Shown: positions 7,892 to 17,888, counted from the stretch's first letter. The stretch: DNA of 32,000 bases from an uncultured Candidatus Saccharibacteria bacterium (GCA_964481125.1 CAYZSL010000002.1:117801-149800), one strand, 5' to 3'. Program-made: numbers and translations. The notes: generated by a model from the sequence alone, not told the origin.

Positions 7892-10027
7892 TTATTGGCT
7901 TTTAGCTTCTTTTAAAGAAAGATTGATTCTTCCTTGTTCGTCGATCGAAATGACTTTGACCGGAACAATATCTCCCACTTTGACGATGTCTTCCACTTTG
8001 TTTACGTGGTGATCGGCCAGCTGGGAGATGTGGACTAAGCCCTCTTGTCCTGGCAGCATTTCAACAAAAGCGCCGAAATCCAGAATCCTTTTGACTTTTC
8101 CCTGGAAGATTTCGCCGATTTTGACTTCGTGGGTGATATTTTTTATCCAGGAAGCAGCTTTTTCCGCTGCCTCTTCTTTTTCAGCGGTAATGAAAATTCT
8201 GCCAGAATCTTCAATATCGATTGATACGCCGCACTCTCCGATGATTTCATTTATTATTTTTCCGCCAGGGCCTATCACTTCCCTTATTTTGACAGGATTT
8301 ATCTGTAAAATTAATATCCTGGGAGCATGGGGAGAAAGGCTTTCTTTCGGTTTGGAAATTACTTTCGTCATTTCGCTTAAAATCTGTAGTCTTGCTTTTT
8401 TAGCCTGAATCAAAGCGTTTGAAATAATTTCCTTGCCGATCCCCTGGATTTTAACGTCCATTTGGATGGCAGTAATTCCTTTTTCCGTTCCAGCAACTTT
8501 AAAGTCCATGTCTCCGTGGTGGTCTTCCGGTCCCTGAATGTCGGTTAATATTTTGTAGTTTCCTTTCAAATCAGCCATTAACCCTAAAGCAATGCCAGTA
8601 GCCGGCCTGCTGATCGGTACGCCAGCATCCATTAAAGCCAAAGAAGCGGCTGAAACAGAAGCCATGGAAGTTGAACCGTTGGAAGAAAGGATTTCAGTAA
8701 CTATGCGGATGGTGTACGGGAATTTATCAAAACCGGGCACTAAAGGCATCAAAGCTTTTTCTGCCAGCATGCCGTGGCCTATTTCCCTTCTGCCAGGGCC
8801 CCTCATCGGTTTTACTTCGCCAGAAGAGTAAGGAGGGAAGTTGTAATGATGCATGAATCTTTTCTTACCGGTAGTTTCCATTCCTTCAAGAAGCCTGACG
8901 TCGCCTGGCGCGCCCAAGGTCAGTATGGAAAGCGCTTTGGTTTGACCCCTGACAAATAATCCTGAGCCGTGGGTTCTGGGCAATAATCCTACTTCGCATT
9001 CTATGTTCCTTACCTCGTCAATCTTTCTGGAATCAGGCCTTTTGCCAGACTTAATAACGCTTTCGTGGATCATTTTTTCGATTTCTTCTTCAAAAAATGT
9101 CTTTGCATAACTTTCCTTTCCCATGTCAGGATATTTTTCCTGGATAAAATAGACCAGTTCTCCTTTTAAGAGATTGACTTCGTCCATTTGGCTTTTCTTG
9201 TCTTTTTGGAAGAAAGCTTTTTCCAGTTTGTTTCCCAGAAAATCCCTAATGTCTTTTTCCAGGTTTTCGTCTTTGGGAGTTTCCTTGATTACCACTTTTT
9301 CCTTGCCGGATTTTTGAGTAATTTCTTTTTGAAAACCAATAAGCTTTTTCAAGAAGGGCTTGGCAAAATCAACCGCTTTCAAAACAGTGTCCTCTTCTAT
9401 TTCATTACTCTCCATTTCAATCATATTGATTAAAATGTCATCGTCTTTGTCATTACCCAAATCATTAGCCAGGGGCGAGGAAAGTCCGGCAATTGCCAAA
9501 TCTAATTCAGCTTTTTCTCGTTCTCCGTAAGTCGGGTTGATAATAAAGCCTTTTTCATCCTTACCTACCCTGAGAATGGCTATCGGTCCTGCCCATGGTA
9601 TGTCAGAAATGGAAAGAGCCATGGAAGCAGCAATTAATCCGACAATATCAGGATCATTCTCCCCGTCCCAGGAAAGGCAGGTAACCACTACCTGGACTTC
9701 TCTTTTCAGATTTTTAGGAAAACGGGGTCTTATTGCCCTGTCGATAAATCTGGCAGTCAGAATAGCTTCGTCTGAAGGCCGGCTTTCCCTTCGTAAGTAT
9801 CTTGAGCCTAAGATCTTGCCGGCAGCATAATATCTTTCTTCGTATTCAACAGTCAAAGGGAAAAAATCAATTCCTTCCCGTTCGAAATCAGACATGACAG
9901 CTGTGGCTAAAACCGTAGTCTCTCCGTATTGGACCAGAACGCTGCCCGAAGCCTGTTCGGCCAAGTTGCTGATTTCAACCTTTAGCTCTTTACCTCCGAT
10001 TTCTAATTTAAAAGTTTCTTTTTTCAT
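7892..10027 (-). CDS. pnp: Polyribonucleotide nucleotidyltransferase (PNPase)
   Basis: 711 aa with duplicated RNase PH cores, KH (IREVIGPGGKIINEIIGECGVSIDIEDSG) and S1 (GEIFQGKVKRILDFGAFVEMLPGQEGLVHISQL) domains. Confidence 0.97.
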   Translation of the reverse strand: MKKETFKLEIGGKELKVEISNLAEQASGSVLVQYGETTVLATAVMSDFEREGIDFFPLTVEYEERYYAAGKILGSRYLRRESRPSDEAILTARFIDRAIRPRFPKNLKREVQVVVTCLSWDGENDPDIVGLIAASMALSISDIPWAGPIAILRVGKDEKGFIINPTYGEREKAELDLAIAGLSSPLANDLGNDKDDDILINMIEMESNEIEEDTVLKAVDFAKPFLKKLIGFQKEITQKSGKEKVVIKETPKDENLEKDIRDFLGNKLEKAFFQKDKKSQMDEVNLLKGELVYFIQEKYPDMGKESYAKTFFEEEIEKMIHESVIKSGKRPDSRKIDEVRNIECEVGLLPRTHGSGLFVRGQTKALSILTLGAPGDVRLLEGMETTGKKRFMHHYNFPPYSSGEVKPMRGPGRREIGHGMLAEKALMPLVPGFDKFPYTIRIVTEILSSNGSTSMASVSAASLALMDAGVPISRPATGIALGLMADLKGNYKILTDIQGPEDHHGDMDFKVAGTEKGITAIQMDVKIQGIGKEIISNALIQAKKARLQILSEMTKVISKPKESLSPHAPRILILQINPVKIREVIGPGGKIINEIIGECGVSIDIEDSGRIFITAEKEEAAEKAASWIKNITHEVKIGEIFQGKVKRILDFGAFVEMLPGQEGLVHISQLADHHVNKVEDIVKVGDIVPVKVISIDEQGRINLSLKEAKSQ

Positions 10028-10028
10028 T

Positions 10029-10535
10029 TTATCTTGCTTTTAATAAATATTTATCCAGGTTTTTTTCCAAATCAATGAATTCGTCAACCGATTCTTTCAG
10101 CTTGGAAGAAGATGACTTGCCAAAAGCAACAACCTCAACTCTTTTACCCTGGTTTTTCAAATATTCCACCAATTGCAGGAAATCGCCGTCCCCTGAGCAC
10201 AAAACAATGGCATCGCAGCTCTGGGAGATTCTTATAGCGTCAACCGTAATGCCGACATCCCAGTCAGCTTTTTTCAATCCTCCGAAAAACTCCTGCAAAT
10301 CTCTGACCCTGGTTTCAATGCCCAGTTTTATCAAAGCTTCAAAAAAAGGCTTTTCTTCCCCTGTTTTTGTTTTGACAACATAAGCAAAAGCCCTGATTAA
10401 GTTCCTGTTGGAAACAGCCACTTTTAAAATGGCTCCGAAGTTAACCCTGGCGCCATGCAGATTTTTAGCAGAATGGTAAAGATTTTGAACGTCGATCAAT
10501 ACGGCCACTCTTTGGCCCGAATGTTTGATTACCAT
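10029..10535 (-). CDS. NYN-domain (LabA/DUF88-like) putative ribonuclease
   Basis: VAVLIDVQNLYHSAK and CDAIVLCSGDGDFLQLVEYLKNQGKRVEVVAF motifs. Confidence 0.85.
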   Translation of the reverse strand: MVIKHSGQRVAVLIDVQNLYHSAKNLHGARVNFGAILKVAVSNRNLIRAFAYVVKTKTGEEKPFFEALIKLGIETRVRDLQEFFGGLKKADWDVGITVDAIRISQSCDAIVLCSGDGDFLQLVEYLKNQGKRVEVVAFGKSSSSKLKESVDEFIDLEKNLDKYLLKAR

Positions 10536-10537
10536 AA

Positions 10538-10804
10538 TTATTTCTTTAATCCTATTTTTTTGATTATGCTGTTATATCTTTTTGCACTTTCCTTCTTTAA
10601 ATAACCGAGCAGGCTTCTCCTTTTTGAAACCATTTTCAATAGCCCTCTTTTTGAGTGGACGTCTTTGGCGTGAATTTTTAAATGTAAAAGCAGCTGTTTT
10701 ATTTCCTCGGACAATAAAGCAACCTGTACTTCCGGAGAACCGGTATCCACGTCGTGCAACTTGTAATTTTTGATTATTTTTTCTTTTTCTTGTTGTGAAA
10801 GCAT
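10538..10804 (-). CDS. rpsO: 30S ribosomal protein uS15
   Basis: 88 aa; [19 protein letters not shown]...[22 protein letters not shown]. Confidence 0.97.
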   Translation of the reverse strand: MLSQQEKEKIIKNYKLHDVDTGSPEVQVALLSEEIKQLLLHLKIHAKDVHSKRGLLKMVSKRRSLLGYLKKESAKRYNSIIKKIGLKK

Positions 10805-10830
10805 ATGTTTTTGTTTAAAAATTATTGCTG

Positions 10831-10903
10831 TGCCCCCGCCGCGACTCGAACGCGGAACCTTATCCTTAAGAGGGATCTGCTCTACCGATTGAGCTACAGG
10901 GGC
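10831..10903 (-). tRNA. tRNA-Lys(CTT)
   Basis: Cloverleaf on minus: acceptor GCCCCTG/CGGGGGC, loop CTCTTAA, T-arm CCGCG-TTCGAGT-CGCGG; no encoded CCA. Confidence 0.9.
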
Positions 10904-10910
10904 TCGTTTG

Positions 10911-10982
10911 TGCCCCCGGAAGGATTCGAACCCTCACCTTAAGTTCCGAAGACTTACACGCTATCCATTACGCCACGGGGGC
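10911..10982 (-). tRNA. tRNA-Arg(TCG)
   Basis: Acceptor GCCCCCG/CGGGGGC, anticodon arm TAAGT-CTTCGGA-ACTTA, T-arm GAGGG-TTCGAAT-CCTTC. Confidence 0.88.
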
Positions 10983-11012
10983 GCGCGTCATTTTCTAATG
11001 ATAGCAGATTAA

Positions 11013-11041
11013 TTGAAAAAAACAAGTTTTTAAGATAAGAT
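11013..11041 (+). promoter_or_regulatory. Sigma70-like promoter TTGAAA-N17-TAAGAT, 6 nt before ATG of cca
   Basis: TTGAAA 11013-11018, TAAGAT 11036-11041, ATG 11048. Confidence 0.5.
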
Positions 11042-11047
11042 GAGAAT

Positions 11048-12517
11048 ATGCTGATTCCAAAAGAGGTAAAAACTATTATTGAAAAACTGAAAAAGGCTGG
11101 TTTCCAGGCCTATATTGTCGGTGGCTGCCTCAGGGATATTTTAAGGAAAGCTAAGCCGGAAGACTGGGACATTGCTACCAACGCCAAGCCCAAAGAAATA
11201 CAAAAGCTGTTCTCAAAGAGCTTTTACGAGAATAAATTTCTGACAGTGACTGTTAAAACCAACAGTAAAGCCAAAGAACTGAAAGAAGTTGAAATTACAA
11301 CTTACAGGTCTGAGGCGAAATACAGCGATAAAAGGCATCCTGACGAAGTTAAATTCGCCAAAACCATAAAAGAAGATTTAGCCAGAAGGGACTTTACAGT
11401 CAATGCTATTGCTTTAGCTTTAAAAGGCAAAGAATATGATATAGAAGATCCTTTTGACGGGCAAAAAGACTTGAAAACAAGATTGATAAGGGCTGTCGGC
11501 GACCCGCAAAAGCGCTTTTCAGAGGATGCTTTGAGAATGATGAGAGGAGTTAGATTTTTCACCACTTTGAACGGTTCCGCCAAGTGGCAGATTGAGCCAA
11601 AAACAGCTCAAGCCATAAAAAAAAATGCCTCGCTCCTTCAGGAAATTTCCAAAGAAAGAGTAAGGGATGAATTAATAAAAATTGTCATGTCAGAAAGGGC
11701 GGCTGAGGGCATAGATCTTTTAAGAGAATTGGGATTGTTAAAGTATATTATTCCGGAACTGGAAGAAGGATACAAAGTTTCCCAGAACAAGCATCATATA
11801 TATGAATGCTACGACCACTATCTGAAATCTTTGGATTATGCAGCTAAAAAGAATTTCAACAAGCACGTAAGAATGGCTGCTTTGTTTCACGATGTCGGCA
11901 AGCCGAGATCCAAAAGAGGAAAAGGCCAGGATTCCACTTTTTACAGCCACGAGATAATCGGAGCGAAAATGACTTATCAAATATTGAACCGTTTGAAATT
12001 TCCCAAAAAAGACATTGAAAAGATAGTCAGGCTGGTCAGATACCATCTTTTCTACTATAATCCTGAAGAGGTCGGTGAAAGTTCTGTCAGGCGACTGGTC
12101 CGCGAAGCAGGCCCGGAAAACATGGAAGAGCTCTTACAGGTGAGAATGGCAGACAGAATAGGCTCTGGCGTTCCCAAGGCTGAACCTTACAAGCTAAGGC
12201 ATTTAAAGTATATAATTGATAAGGTCTCTCAAGATCCGATTTCAGCTAAAATGCTGAAAGCTAACGGAAAAGACGTGATGAAGATTCTAAATATTGAATC
12301 AGGGCCGAAAATAGGCCAGATACTGGATATTTTATTAAGTTACGTTTTAATTGATCCTGGAAAGAACAAAAAAGAATTTCTAGAAAAAGAAATTAAAAAG
12401 TTAGGCGAATTATCGGAAAAGGAAATTCTCTCTTTTTTTGCAAAAGCAAAAGCAGAAAGAGAAAAGATCGAAACCAAGAGAGACGAGATGACCAAGAAAA
12501 AATACTGGGTTACTTAA
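11048..12517 (+). CDS. cca: CCA tRNA nucleotidyltransferase (poly(A) polymerase fold) with HD domain
   Basis: YIVGGCLRDILRKAKPEDWDIATNAKP, RRDFTVNAIAL, HDVGKPRSKRGKG. Confidence 0.93.
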   Translation: MLIPKEVKTIIEKLKKAGFQAYIVGGCLRDILRKAKPEDWDIATNAKPKEIQKLFSKSFYENKFLTVTVKTNSKAKELKEVEITTYRSEAKYSDKRHPDEVKFAKTIKEDLARRDFTVNAIALALKGKEYDIEDPFDGQKDLKTRLIRAVGDPQKRFSEDALRMMRGVRFFTTLNGSAKWQIEPKTAQAIKKNASLLQEISKERVRDELIKIVMSERAAEGIDLLRELGLLKYIIPELEEGYKVSQNKHHIYECYDHYLKSLDYAAKKNFNKHVRMAALFHDVGKPRSKRGKGQDSTFYSHEIIGAKMTYQILNRLKFPKKDIEKIVRLVRYHLFYYNPEEVGESSVRRLVREAGPENMEELLQVRMADRIGSGVPKAEPYKLRHLKYIIDKVSQDPISAKMLKANGKDVMKILNIESGPKIGQILDILLSYVLIDPGKNKKEFLEKEIKKLGELSEKEILSFFAKAKAEREKIETKRDEMTKKKYWVT

Positions 12518-12518
12518 A

Positions 12519-12589
12519 CGGGGTGTAGTATAACGGTAGTATACAGGGTTCGGGACTCTGCGGCCTGGGTTCAATTCCCAGCACCCCGA
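12519..12589 (+). tRNA. tRNA-Pro(CGG)
   Basis: CGGGGTG/CACCCCG acceptor, anticodon arm CAGGG-TTCGGGA-CTCTG, T-arm CTGGG-TTCAATT-CCCAG. Confidence 0.88.
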
Positions 12590-12594
12590 AAGCT

Positions 12595-12666
12595 GGGCCT
12601 GTAGTTCAGTGGTAGAACGCCGCGTTCGCATCGCGGAAGTCGGCGGTTCAAATCCGCCCGGGTCCA
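12595..12666 (+). tRNA. tRNA-Ala(CGC)
   Basis: GGGCCTG/CGGGTCC acceptor, anticodon arm CCGCG-TTCGCAT-CGCGG, T-arm GGCGG-TTCAAAT-CCGCC. Confidence 0.9.
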
Positions 12667-12679
12667 TAATTTTCCCCTA

Positions 12680-12707
12680 TTGACGGTTTGTTTTGCTTTG
12701 CTATCAT
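12680..12707 (+). promoter_or_regulatory. Promoter TTGACG-N16-TATCAT with TG extension, upstream of the nusA leader hairpin
   Basis: TTGACG 12680-12685, TATCAT 12702-12707, TG at 12699-12700. Confidence 0.55.
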
Positions 12708-12714
12708 TTAATTA

Positions 12715-12740
12715 GTCCGCAAAAGTTGCGGGCACTTTTT
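12715..12740 (+). terminator. Terminator/attenuator-like hairpin directly before the nusA ATG
   Basis: GTCCGCAA-AAG-TTGCGGGC (8 bp) then ACTTTTT. Confidence 0.6.
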
Positions 12741-12746
12741 AAAAAT

Positions 12747-13976
12747 ATGTTTGACATCAAAAATTTCATGTCGGCCATCGCCCAGATTGCCGAAGAAAAA
12801 AGCATCTCGCCTGAAAAGGTTTTGGAAACCATTGAGGTAGCCATTGCCGCAGCCTATAAAAAAGACTACGGGAAAAAGGGACAGATAATCAAAGCCAAAC
12901 TTGATCCGGAATCAGGCAATGTTCAGTTTAAACAAGTAAAGATAGTCGTAGACAAGAAAATGATTTATTCGGAAGAAGAATTGGAGAAAATGAAAACTTT
13001 GCCTTCCGAATCCTTTTCAAGAGATTCTGAAAAGCAGGCTTTATCAGAAGACAAAAAAATCCGCTTTAATCCGGAAAAGCATATTATGTTTGAAGAAGCC
13101 AAAAAGATAAATTCTAAAATAAAAGTTAGCGAAGAGCTGGAAACTGATTTGGAAGAAAAAAAGGATTACGGTAGGATCGCCGCCCAAACCGCAAAACAGG
13201 TTATCTTGCAAAAGATAAGGGAAGCTGAAAAAGAAAGCGTTTTTACGGAATACAAATCAAAAGAAGGAGAAATAGTTTCAGGTATTGTCCAGAGAATTGA
13301 AGGAAGGAATGTTTTTATGGATGTCGGCAAAACCTTGGGAATCTTGCCCAGGGAAGAGCAGGTACCAGGGGAATTCTACAGGCCCGGACAGCGCCTTAAA
13401 GTTTTTCTTTTGAAAGTTGAAGAAACGCCCAGAGGCCCTGTTATACTTTTATCAAGGGCTTATCCTAAATTAATTTCAAAACTTTTTGAACTTGAAGCTC
13501 CGGAAGTTTCTTCAGGCCAAGTTCAAATAAAATCAATTGCCAGAGAGGCGGGTTTTCGTTCAAAGATAGCTGTCATTTCCGAAACCGAAGGAATAGATCC
13601 GATAGGTTCTATGGTTGGTCAGAAAGGAACAAGGGTTATGGCAGTAATTAATGAATTGGGAGGAGAAAAGATTGATATTATCGAGTACTCGCCAGACTCT
13701 GAAAAATATATTGCCAATTCCCTTTCTCCGGCCAAAGTCCTGGAGGTGAAGATAATGCCGAAAAGCAAAGCCATAGTTATTGTTCCTGAAGACCAGTTGT
13801 CCTTAGCCATTGGCAAAGACGGACAAAACGTAAGATTAGCAGCTAAGCTGACCGGTTGGAAAATAGACGTTAAAGCAGAGGGCTATGTCGGAGAAGAAAA
13901 GAAAGAAGAGGAACCAAAAGAGAAAAAAGAAACAAAGAAACCAAAAAAGAAAGAGACAGAAAAGGTTAAAAAATAA
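12747..13976 (+). CDS. nusA: Transcription termination/antitermination factor NusA (track ORF opens at TTG 12693; ATG 12747 preferred)
   Basis: N-terminal NusA domain, S1 ([22 protein letters not shown]) and tandem KH domains ([32 protein letters not shown]; [25 protein letters not shown]). Confidence 0.95.
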   Translation: MFDIKNFMSAIAQIAEEKSISPEKVLETIEVAIAAAYKKDYGKKGQIIKAKLDPESGNVQFKQVKIVVDKKMIYSEEELEKMKTLPSESFSRDSEKQALSEDKKIRFNPEKHIMFEEAKKINSKIKVSEELETDLEEKKDYGRIAAQTAKQVILQKIREAEKESVFTEYKSKEGEIVSGIVQRIEGRNVFMDVGKTLGILPREEQVPGEFYRPGQRLKVFLLKVEETPRGPVILLSRAYPKLISKLFELEAPEVSSGQVQIKSIAREAGFRSKIAVISETEGIDPIGSMVGQKGTRVMAVINELGGEKIDIIEYSPDSEKYIANSLSPAKVLEVKIMPKSKAIVIVPEDQLSLAIGKDGQNVRLAAKLTGWKIDVKAEGYVGEEKKEEEPKEKKETKKPKKKETEKVKK

Positions 13977-13996
13977 TAATCAATAATCTTACATTT

Positions 13997-15979
13997 ATGA
14001 TAATCATTCCAATAATCGTTTCCGTTTTCTCCTTAGTTTTCGCTTACTTTCTGATAAAAGAAATAAATAAAGCCTCTTCCGGTTCGGGGAAGATGATTGA
14101 AATTTCCCAGGCTATTAAAGAGGGAGCCATGGCTTTTTTGAAAAGGCAGTACAAGACCTGCGCGGTTGTGGCTGTTATTATATTTTTTATTCTTTTGATA
14201 GCTTTAGGCTTTAAAATAGCAATCGGCTTTTTGATTGGCGCCTTAGCTTCAGGCTTGGCGGGTTATCTCGGCATGGTTGTTTCGACTAAAGCCAACGTCA
14301 AAGTGGCTGAGGCAGCCAAAAGCGGCTTAAAATCAGCTTTAAGTTTAGCTTTCAAAGGAGGTTCAGTAACAGGATTCTTGGTTGCTGGCTTGGGATTGCT
14401 TTCTGTTTCCGGTTTTTATCTTTTGACCCAGGATTTGAAATCTTTAATCGCTTTAGGATTTGGCGGAAGCTTGATTTCCGTTTTTGCCAGATTGGGAGGT
14501 GGAATTTACACGAAAGCAGCGGATGTGGGCGCTGATTTGGTCGGTAAGGTAGAAAAAGGAATTCCAGAAGACGATCCGAGGAATCCGGCAGTTATCGCTG
14601 ATCAGGTTGGCGACAATGTTGGAGACTGTGCAGGAATGGCAGCTGACCTTTTTGAAACGTATGTGATAACAATTGTGGCAGCCATGGTTTTGGGAGGATT
14701 GTTTTTCCCGAGTTTGCCAGAAGCGATCATGCTTCCTTTGCTCTTGGGGTCAATCGCAACTCTAGCTTCTATTATTGCAACTTTTTTTGTCAGGTTGGGC
14801 AAGGACCAGAGCATTATGCCAGCTTTTTACAAAGGATTGATGGTGGCAGGCTTTTTATCAGCTCTTGGTTTTTTGCCAGCCATTTTCCAGTTCAGCAAAA
14901 GTTTGAAAATACCGGTAGCTAATCTATATTTGCCAGCTTTAATCGGCCTTTTGATTGCTGCTTTCATGTTCATAATCACTGAATTTTTCACTTCCAAAAA
15001 ATATTCTCCTGTTAAATCAATAGCTTCAGCTTCCCAATCAGGCCATGGCCCTAATATTATCATTGGCTTGGCAATAGGAATGAAATCAACCGTTCTGCCA
15101 GTTATCATTATTGCTGCGGGCATTCTTATCAGTTTCGCGCTCGGTGGAACATACGGTTTGGCTATTGCTGCTGTGGCCATGCTTTCTTTGACAGGATTGA
15201 TTATTGCTTTGGACGCTTACGGTCCAATAACTGACAATGCAGCAGGTATTTCAGAAATGGCAGACCTCCCTGAAAAAAACAGAAAAACTACTGATGCTTT
15301 GGATGCTGTCGGTAATACGACAAAAGCAGTAACCAAAGCTTATGCCATTGCTTCTGCCGGCTTAGCTGCTTTGGTGCTTTTCTCAGTTTACACTCAGGAA
15401 TTGCTGGATATGGGAAGAAAGGTCCAGTTTTTATTGGACGACCCCAAAGTTTTAGCCGGCCTTTTTCTCGGCGGAGTGGTCGCCTATTATTTTGTTTCCT
15501 TATCAATGACAGCTGTCGGCAAGGCTGCTGGCAAAGTGGTTGAAGAAGTAAGAAGGCAATTCAAAGAGATAAAAGGATTGATGGAAGGAAAAGCCAGGCC
15601 TGATTATTCAAGATGCGTTGATATCGTAACCAAAGCTGCTTTAAAAGAAATGATAGTGCCCGCTCTTTTGCCAGTTGTCTTTCCGATTCTAGTCGGTTTC
15701 ATTTTGGGACCTGAAGCTCTGGGCGGATTATTGATCGGTTCAATTATTGTCGGAATATTTTTAGCCATTTCAATGACTTCAGGAGGAGCTGCCTGGGATA
15801 ATGCAAAAAAGTATATTGAAGAAGGAAACTTCGGAGGAAAAGGAAGTTTTGCCCACCAGTCAGCGGTAACTGGAGACACAGTTGGTGATCCTTACAAAGA
15901 TACTGCTGGTCCCGCTATAAACCCGATGATAAAAGTTCTCAATATAGTTGCTTTATTAATTGTTGTTTTCCTAGTATAA
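13997..15979 (+). CDS. hppA: Membrane-bound proton-translocating pyrophosphatase
   Basis: 660 aa multi-pass; [56 protein letters not shown]; DNAAGISEM; [13 protein letters not shown]; GNTTKA at the K+-specificity site. Confidence 0.96.
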   Translation: MIIIPIIVSVFSLVFAYFLIKEINKASSGSGKMIEISQAIKEGAMAFLKRQYKTCAVVAVIIFFILLIALGFKIAIGFLIGALASGLAGYLGMVVSTKANVKVAEAAKSGLKSALSLAFKGGSVTGFLVAGLGLLSVSGFYLLTQDLKSLIALGFGGSLISVFARLGGGIYTKAADVGADLVGKVEKGIPEDDPRNPAVIADQVGDNVGDCAGMAADLFETYVITIVAAMVLGGLFFPSLPEAIMLPLLLGSIATLASIIATFFVRLGKDQSIMPAFYKGLMVAGFLSALGFLPAIFQFSKSLKIPVANLYLPALIGLLIAAFMFIITEFFTSKKYSPVKSIASASQSGHGPNIIIGLAIGMKSTVLPVIIIAAGILISFALGGTYGLAIAAVAMLSLTGLIIALDAYGPITDNAAGISEMADLPEKNRKTTDALDAVGNTTKAVTKAYAIASAGLAALVLFSVYTQELLDMGRKVQFLLDDPKVLAGLFLGGVVAYYFVSLSMTAVGKAAGKVVEEVRRQFKEIKGLMEGKARPDYSRCVDIVTKAALKEMIVPALLPVVFPILVGFILGPEALGGLLIGSIIVGIFLAISMTSGGAAWDNAKKYIEEGNFGGKGSFAHQSAVTGDTVGDPYKDTAGPAINPMIKVLNIVALLIVVFLV

Positions 15980-16006
15980 AGCGCCTCAATCAGAGAAAGA
16001 GTCGCC

Positions 16007-16627
16007 TTAAGAAAAGAAGAGGTTTATTCCCAGGCTTAGCAGATAAACAATTAGGAATATGTGAGGTAGGTTTACTGCTGCCAAATACCAGTGGCCGTAT
16101 TTTAATCCTTTTGCTCCTAGAGCGGCAACAGCGATGATGTCAGTTACGGGCAAAGGAAGGAGTAGGAATAATAATATGATCCAAGTGTTTTGTTTTCTCA
16201 GCCATACAGTAAACTTTTGCTTTTTATCGTTGGCAAACGAATTTAAGGCCTGGTATCCAGTCCCTTTTTTCAAAATTAGCATCTGATTTTTTGAAAAAGG
16301 GAGAACTAATCCTTTTTCTAATTGTTTTTTCAGCCAGTTTAGTGCTTTTTTCAGAAAGATTATTATGCCAAAGGTTCCGAAATAAATACAAAATAGCTGA
16401 ACTGTGCTTATGCCATAACAAGCAAGGCTGGCCTGCCAGAGAGGTTTGCCGCTGATAAGCCAGTAGTTTACTGTCCCCTGGAAATATACAAATAAAGGGA
16501 GAGAATGAGAAAGTATTTCTATGGGAGAACGGGAAAAGCTAAAAGGCAAAGCAAGACAAACAATAACAAAAACAATCAGAAGCTTTTTCTCGACAGGGAG
16601 AGTTGTGAACTTTTTTAAATTTCCCAA
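16007..16627 (-). CDS. Multi-pass membrane protein of unknown function (TTG start)
   Basis: 206 aa, several hydrophobic helices, LPLPVTDIIAAVALGAKGLKYGHW; strong Shine-Dalgarno upstream. Confidence 0.6.
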   Translation of the reverse strand: MGNLKKFTTLPVEKKLLIVFVIVCLALPFSFSRSPIEILSHSLPLFVYFQGTVNYWLISGKPLWQASLACYGISTVQLFCIYFGTFGIIIFLKKALNWLKKQLEKGLVLPFSKNQMLILKKGTGYQALNSFANDKKQKFTVWLRKQNTWIILLFLLLPLPVTDIIAVAALGAKGLKYGHWYLAAVNLPHIFLIVYLLSLGINLFFS

Positions 16628-16631
16628 ATAT

Positions 16632-16645
16632 TATCACCTCCTTTC
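16632..16645 (-). promoter_or_regulatory. Very long Shine-Dalgarno AGAAAGGAGGTGAT
   Basis: Plus-strand ATCACCTCCTTTCT, 4-5 nt before the TTG start side of the minus ORF. Confidence 0.6.
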
Positions 16646-16709
16646 TTGGGAATGCTAATTTCCAATCTTACACAACCAAAAACAAAAAGCAAGCTGTTTT
16701 TTTTTAAGT

Positions 16710-16737
16710 TTGACTAAAAATTTTAAAATAATATAAT
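16710..16737 (+). promoter_or_regulatory. Near-consensus promoter TTGACT-N16-TATAAT, 7 nt before ATG of clpP
   Basis: TTGACT 16710-16715, TATAAT 16732-16737, ATG 16745. Confidence 0.7.
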
Positions 16738-16744
16738 TAAGTAT

Positions 16745-17329
16745 ATGAATTTGATACCAACCGTAATAGAAAAAACCCAATACGGGGAAAGGGCTTACGA
16801 CATATATTCCAGGCTTTTAAAAGACAGAATCATATTTTTGGTAGGCCCTATTACCGACCATCTGGCCAATTCAACTATTGCCCAGATGCTTTTTTTGGCT
16901 TCAAAAGACCCTGAAAAAGACATTAAGCTTTACATTAATACGCCAGGAGGATCGGTAACTGCTGGCATGGCTGTTTACGATACCATGCAATACGTAAAAC
17001 CTGATATTTCTACGGTTTGCATTGGCTTGGCCGCTTCCATGGGAGCAACCTTGTTGGCGGCTGGAGCAAAGGGCAAGCGCTTTGCTCTTCCTAATTCCCA
17101 GGTTTTGCTACACCAGGTGGCAGGCGGCGTAAGCGGCGAAGCAGTGGAAATAGAAATTACTGCCAAGCAAATTATTAAGATTAAAGAGAGACTAAATAAT
17201 ATTCTGGCTAAGCATACGGGCCAGCATTTAGGGAAGATTGAAAAAGACACTGACAGAGATTTTTATTTATCAGCTGAAGAGGCAAAAGAATACGGCCTGA
17301 TTGATAAAGTTATCAAACCAAAAAATTAA
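16745..17329 (+). CDS. clpP: ATP-dependent Clp protease proteolytic subunit
   Basis: [27 protein letters not shown] (Ser), NSQVLLHQ (His), [22 protein letters not shown]. Confidence 0.96.
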   Translation: MNLIPTVIEKTQYGERAYDIYSRLLKDRIIFLVGPITDHLANSTIAQMLFLASKDPEKDIKLYINTPGGSVTAGMAVYDTMQYVKPDISTVCIGLAASMGATLLAAGAKGKRFALPNSQVLLHQVAGGVSGEAVEIEITAKQIIKIKERLNNILAKHTGQHLGKIEKDTDRDFYLSAEEAKEYGLIDKVIKPKN

Positions 17330-17341
17330 TTATTTAAAACA

Positions 17342-17746
17342 ATGAAAAAAAGATTAACAATATTATTGGTTTTCTTCGGTCTATTCCTGTCTTTTATCGT
17401 AGCACGGGCCCAATCAGAAGGACTTGTTCCTTGCGGAGGGCCGGGTCAAGAGGCGTGCAAGCTTTGCGATATTTTCCTGATGTTCGATAGAATTGTTGAT
17501 TTCGTCATGATAACTCTTGTGCCGCCGCTGGCTGCCTTGATGCTGGTTATCGGCGGAGTGATGTTTTTCTTTTCCGCCGGAGATACTGGCGGGCTGACTA
17601 AGGCAAAAAGCGTTTTAACTTCCGTGATTTTCGGCCTAGTCATAGTTTACGGCTCCTGGCTATTAATCAATTCTTTTTTCCTGGTAATTGGCGTAAGCGA
17701 ATGGACTGGTTTAGAGCAAGGCTGGTTTAGTTATCCTTGTCACTAA
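17342..17746 (+). CDS. Small VirB2/TrbC-like pilin-type protein with signal peptide
   Basis: 134 aa; MKKRLTILLVFFGLFLSFIVARAQ; helices FVMITLVPPLAALMLVIGGVMFFFSAG and VLTSVIFGLVIVYGSWLLIN. Confidence 0.7.
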   Translation: MKKRLTILLVFFGLFLSFIVARAQSEGLVPCGGPGQEACKLCDIFLMFDRIVDFVMITLVPPLAALMLVIGGVMFFFSAGDTGGLTKAKSVLTSVIFGLVIVYGSWLLINSFFLVIGVSEWTGLEQGWFSYPCH

Positions 17747-17775
17747 AAACTGTTTTATTTGAAGATTTTCTGCCG

Positions 17776-17800
17776 GGCCAGGGGCCTGGCTTTTAGTTTT
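17776..17800 (+). terminator. Rho-independent terminator
   Basis: GGCCAG-GGG-CCTGGC-like hairpin then TTTTAGTTTT. Confidence 0.75.
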
Positions 17801-17888
17801 GACAAGATAAAGGAAACCTGCTAACATCAAAACGTATTATTAGCTTAACTTTGAACTTTGGTGAATTACCAATATTTCAACTTGAATT

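Noticed and set aside
12693-12746. N-terminal extension of nusA from TTG 12693
   Set aside because: It would run through the predicted promoter and hairpin, and MLCYHLISPQKLRALFKN is not NusA-like; ATG 12747 preferred.
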